A stretch of DNA of 64,000 nt, from assembly GCF_009914755.1 (NCBI RefSeq), contig NC_060935.1, one strand, 5' to 3'. Both the position numbers and the translations under genes were made by a program. Below, in pieces: positions 59,362 through 64,000 of the stretch. A model generated the notes under the pieces. That model did not search any database, was not told the DNA's origin, and worked only from the letters and a program-made list of their open reading frames with translations. Source of the DNA: the human T2T-CHM13v2.0 reference genome, Homo sapiens. Within the stretch, counting starts at the first letter, position 1; each line of letters starts with the position of its first letter.

Positions 59362-60675
59362 CTTTGTGTATTTATCTACCTTTGTTCTTTGATGTTGGAG
59401 ACCTTTGGATGGGGTTTCTGAGCGACGTCATTTTTGTTGATTTGGTGCTAATCCTTTCTGTTTGTTAATTTTCCTTCTAACAGGCCCCTCTGCTGCAGGT
59501 TTGCTAGAGTTTGCTGGAGGTCCACTCCAGACCCTGTTTGCCTGGGTATCACTAGCGGACGCTGCAGAACAGCAAAGATTGCTGCGTGTTCCTTCCTCTG
59601 GAAGCTTTGTCCCAGAGGGGTACCCAACATATGCCAGCCAGAGATCTCCTGTATGAGGTGTCTTTCAGCCCCTGCTGGGATGTGTCTCCCAGTCAGGAGA
59701 CATGGGGGTCAGGGACCCACTTGAGGAGGCAGTCTGACCCTTAGCAGAGCTCGAACGCTGTGCTGGGAGATTTGCTGCTCTGTTCAGCAGCCATCAGGCA
59801 GGCACATTGAAGTCTGTTGAAGATGCGCCCACAGCCACCCCTTCTCCCAGGGGCTCTGTCCCAGGGAGATGGGGGTTTTATCTTTAAGCCCACGACTGGG
59901 GCTGCTGCCTTTTTTTCAGAGATGCCCTGCCCAGAGAGGAGGAATCTAAAGAGGCAGTCTGGCTACAGTGGCTTTGCTGAGCTGCAGAGGGCTCCACCCA
60001 GTTGGAACTTCCCTGCGGCTTTGTTTACACCGTGAGGGTAAAACCTAAAACCACCTACCAAAGCCTCAGTAATGGCAGACGGCATTCCCCCCACCAAGCT
60101 TGAGCATCCCAGGTGGACTTCAGACCGCCGTGCTGGCAGCGAGAATTTCAAGCCAGTTGCCCTTAGCTTGCTGGGCTCTGTGAGGGTGGGATCCACTGAG
60201 CACTTGGCTCCCTGGCTTCAGCCCCCTTTCTAGTGGAGTCAACAGTTCTGTCTTGCCGGTGTTCCAGGTGCCACTGGGATATGAAAAAAGAAACTCCTGC
60301 AGCAAGCTCGCTGTCTGCCCAAATAGCCGTCCAGTTTATATTTTTCTTAATACCATTCCTCAACAAAGTAGATGGTTGTCTCTGTGCTTTAAATATGGGG
60401 AAATGGGGGCTCAGATGTGAGAAATGTACTGATATTTTACTGCTGTCTCATGTTGGAGCTCTGATTTAAATGCAGTGTGTCTGTCTCTAAAACCCTTATT
60501 CTTCCCCTTACCTGCCAAAGATAGTTAAATAATTTCATTATGGACATATATGCCCAGGCCTCTTCCCTCTATCTTTTAGGGTATCTTTTTTAGAAAACAG
60601 TAAAGGTCATTAGGACTTGGGCCCTCACTGTCCTCTCGGTACTTTATGGTGTGAAAAATTATACAAAAATTTGAT

Positions 60676-61110
60676 TATAATATTTTCCTAGGGCTTCTAT
60701 AACAAATTGTCATACACTCCATGGCTTAAAACAACAGAATCTTTTTCTCTGACAATTTTGGAGATCAGAATCAAAAATTAAGGGGTCAACAGGTCATACT
60801 CTCTCCAAAGGCTCTCAGGGAGAATACTTCCTTGCCTCTTCCACCTTCTGGTGGCTCCTGGTATGCCTTGACTTGTGGTAGCATCGGTCCAATCTCTGCC
60901 TATGTCCTGACATGGCCTGATCCACTCTGTGTATCACAGTGTGCCTTCTGCTCTTATAAAGACACCAGTCATTGGATTTAGGGCCCATACTAATCCCATA
61001 TGACCTCATTTTAACAAATTATATCTGGTGAGACTTTATTCACAAATAATGTCACATTCAGAGGTTCTTGGTGTATACAAATTTGGGGGTGGTACTGTTC
61101 AACCAAATAT
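60676..61110 (-). mobile_element. MLT1B/C-like LTR
   Basis: ttttcctagggcttctataacaaa...ggcttaaaacaacagaa...ctcttataaagacaccagtcattggatttagggccca...gtcacattcagaggttc. Confidence 0.88.
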
Positions 61111-61814
61111 GGGTGGGAATGAATAATTCAATAGGAATATGAAGATACATTGAAAAGCAGGATAATAGGGATAGCACATTTTCAGAGTTCTGTGTTTCTC
61201 TTTGATTCTACCTACCCCTCCCCACTGCCTTTTCTTTGGAATCTCATAGTTGACTGAGCCTCAAAGCATCTGGACAGGGAGCCACAACCACTGATGAAGG
61301 GGGAGGAAAAGAGATTTTTCCCCTTTGTCAGTCTTTCTCTCAAGTTCCTTTTGCTTTTTTTGTCCCTCATCTTATTTCAGAAAGGGAAAGAACAACATGT
61401 TCATACTGAGACTCCCTGAAGGAGAGGGCAAACTTCTGTGATAAAGAAAAAGATTAACCCAGCATTATTTTTCCTACCATGTTTCATCTTTAGACACTTG
61501 TCTTCAGAACTCCTCTAGGTATCTGTGAAACCAAAAGAATCACAAGCCACTCTCTTCACAGTAGAGAGACAAAGGGCCTCAGCAAAAAGGACACTGTGGG
61601 GATGCCTACGTGACCATTACATAAAACCCAAGTTAAAACAAACAGCTTCACTTCTTTCTTTTATTCTAGTTGTGGGTATTCCTATTGGACTAGGTGACTT
61701 AAAAGAAACCTTGAAACATTGGACCACAGTTAAGCTCTTCATTAATTTTGTAGTTTAATAATGCATTTCTAAATGATCTCTCTGGAACAAAACTAAGATT
61801 CACTGAATCTGTAT

Positions 61815-62000
61815 TACTTGCCTGGTGTGCTACTGGACACTTTTTTGCGTAGTCTCTTTTGCTAATCTTCCCAGCAGCTCTGTGTGGTGGATCTTATTGC
61901 TCACATTTTCAGGTGACAACTCAGAGGCTCAGAGACATCAAGTATGCTTTCTAAGGTCACAAAGTGAGCAGGTGACAAAGCTGGATTTGAACTGAGGTTC
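61815..62000 (-). mobile_element. MIR SINE
   Basis: cacattttcaggtgacaactcagaggctcagagacatcaagtatgctttctaaggtcacaaag...gctggatttgaac. Confidence 0.8.
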
Positions 62001-62509
62001 TTTCTCTTTGCAGGATGCCATGAACTCTATATTCCTAAGGCACATAGAGGAGAGTAATGAATCTAATAAAATCTTCCTGGAAGTTTTAGGGAAGGCTTCA
62101 TTAGAAACAGACCCACATCACACTGTGATGATGTTGATGATGGTAATAGTGTCAGTGGGATAGTCTCTGCCATTTTTGGAGTTCCTACTACTTTATGTAC
62201 AAATAATGAAACTAGATGCTCTACAAAGTTTCTTCCTATGAACACTCATTATATCAATGGTCTTGAGAATCTCCTCTTTAGCAGAATCTGTTCAGATCTG
62301 AGGAACAAAAGACTAAGCCAACTATGCCAAGTTTTTACTCTTTAGTCATGGTATCATTGTCTGTATTTTACTCACACACACCAACTGGACCACAAAGAGT
62401 TTGCCAAACCTCTCCTAAGTGACAGTGCTGGGATTTGTATCTAGGTCTATCTGCTGCCAAAGCTTTGTCTTTTCCATTCAGTCTTAGATACATCTGGAAT
62501 CCATTTTCT

Positions 62510-62820
62510 TTCTTTTTTTAAAAATAAATTTTGTTGTGTATAAGTTATACAACATGATGTTATGGGATACACATAGATCATAAAAAGGTTACAATAGTGA
62601 AGCATTTAACATGTCCATCATCTCATATACTTACCCATTCTTTTTTTTGTTTTGTTTTTGTGGCAAGAAGAGCTAAAATCTATTTATTTAGCAGGAATCT
62701 CAAATACAGTACAATTTTATTTGATTACCTATAGTCCCCCTCATGTTGTACATTAGATCTCTAGACTTGTTCATCTTACATATTTGTTACTTTGTATCCT
62801 CTGACCTACATCTACCCTTT
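62510..62820 (-). mobile_element. L1MA9/10-like 3' UTR fragment
   Basis: tacaacatgatgttatgggatac...tagtgaagcatttaacatgtccatcatctca...tgtacattagatctctagacttgttcatc. Confidence 0.85.
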
Positions 62821-63893
62821 TATTTTCTTTTTTCTTAAAACAAAACACAATAAAAACCGTCTATTCTTTAGTAATAAAAGATACGTATTATAAAACATTC
62901 AAAAGTGCAAAATGAGTAAAATACATAGTATGCATAACTCCCGTTTATCTTCTCTTCAACACTAGTGTAAATTACTGTCAATATTTTAACATGCATTTTA
63001 TAGACTTTTTCTATTTATGCACAATTATATATAAATGATGGATATATATTATATATAATATGTCATATTTAATATATAATTTATATATCCAAATAGAAAA
63101 GCACTTGATTGAATTACTACTTTGTGTTTTATTTATTGCTACTGTAGAGTTACTAGAAAGGAGGAAGCTATTTCCCCTCTACCCCTCCTCCCCACTTTCC
63201 TCTCTGCACCTCTATCCTTTCTTCCCATATCCTTATTTAGGGTTTTGAGTCAAGAGCAGCTTCCAGTCCTGGAAAATCAAGCCCTCTGTTACTGGGGCAG
63301 AGTTAATACACACTTTCCAAGAGACTGAATCATCTAGAGGGAGTTAGGATTACAGAGGTTGATGTCTGGGGATGTAAAAGTGGTCCAAGCTGAAGTAGTT
63401 ATAGCCCGAAGAAAGATTTAAGAATCTATAAGCTCTTAAAGTGGTTTACAGCCAGAGTGGGGGTAGTTCCACCAAGGGTAATAGAATTTTCTGTATACCC
63501 AAAGACTCAGATCTCCAATACTAAAGTTTCTGCCCTTGGCAAAGATCTCAGCACCTGAGCTTAGCAGAGAATCAGCAGGGCTTTTGACCTCCAATAACTT
63601 TTTGGGCTAGATAGTAACCATTGTGAAGACCAGATAGCCCTCCCCAAAACTTTTGTCTAATACCCCCAGAACTGTAGTGGGATCCTACTGGGCACAAAGG
63701 AGTCCAATAATGAATGAGATTTAGTTATCGATTCTGGCACATAATGGGTTTAGATTTATATTTATTTTGACTTAGAAAAATGCTGTTTGAACTCAAGAAC
63801 TGTGTTGTATTATAAATAACATGTCTTTCAGCCTAAAGCACAGATTTTCAGATTTTACATTCTAGGAACCATCTTGTTCCTAGATATGTGTTA

Positions 63894-64000
63894 TACATAA
63901 TTACTTCTTAACCCCACATTAACTATAAAATAAATGGTATATATGTATATATTATATATATATATATAAAATACATAATTACTTCTTACCCCCATATTAC
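63894..64000. repeat. Direct repeat flanking a (TA)n tract
   Basis: atacataattacttctta at 63894 and again at 63971, with TA repeats between. Confidence 0.8.

Overview
AT-rich primate (most likely human) genomic DNA with the character of a long intron or gene desert. I see no CpG island, no complete gene and no prokaryotic features. Much of the window is transposable elements: 12 Alus (most with readable target-site duplications), a ~6 kb degenerate L1PA7-like element on the minus strand, older L1MA/L1ME, L2, L3 and MIR relics, about ten MaLR/ERVL solo LTRs, and several DNA-transposon MITEs. Nearly all ORFs in the supplied track are Alu, L1 or chance frames. The exception is a GC-richer, coding-looking segment at 24350-24800 on the + strand, bounded by splice signals. 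It reads as a symmetric 450-nt exon once one extra base and one TGA are repaired, so it is a candidate fossil or unannotated exon; I could not name its gene. Other points of interest are a tailless 3'-truncated U2 snRNA retrocopy with a clean TSD, a MADE1/mir-548-type hairpin with an internal duplication, an open 165-nt cassette between inverted Alus, and a possible short L1 3' transduction. Repeat subfamily names come from my recall of consensus sequences, and boundaries of old elements are approximate.
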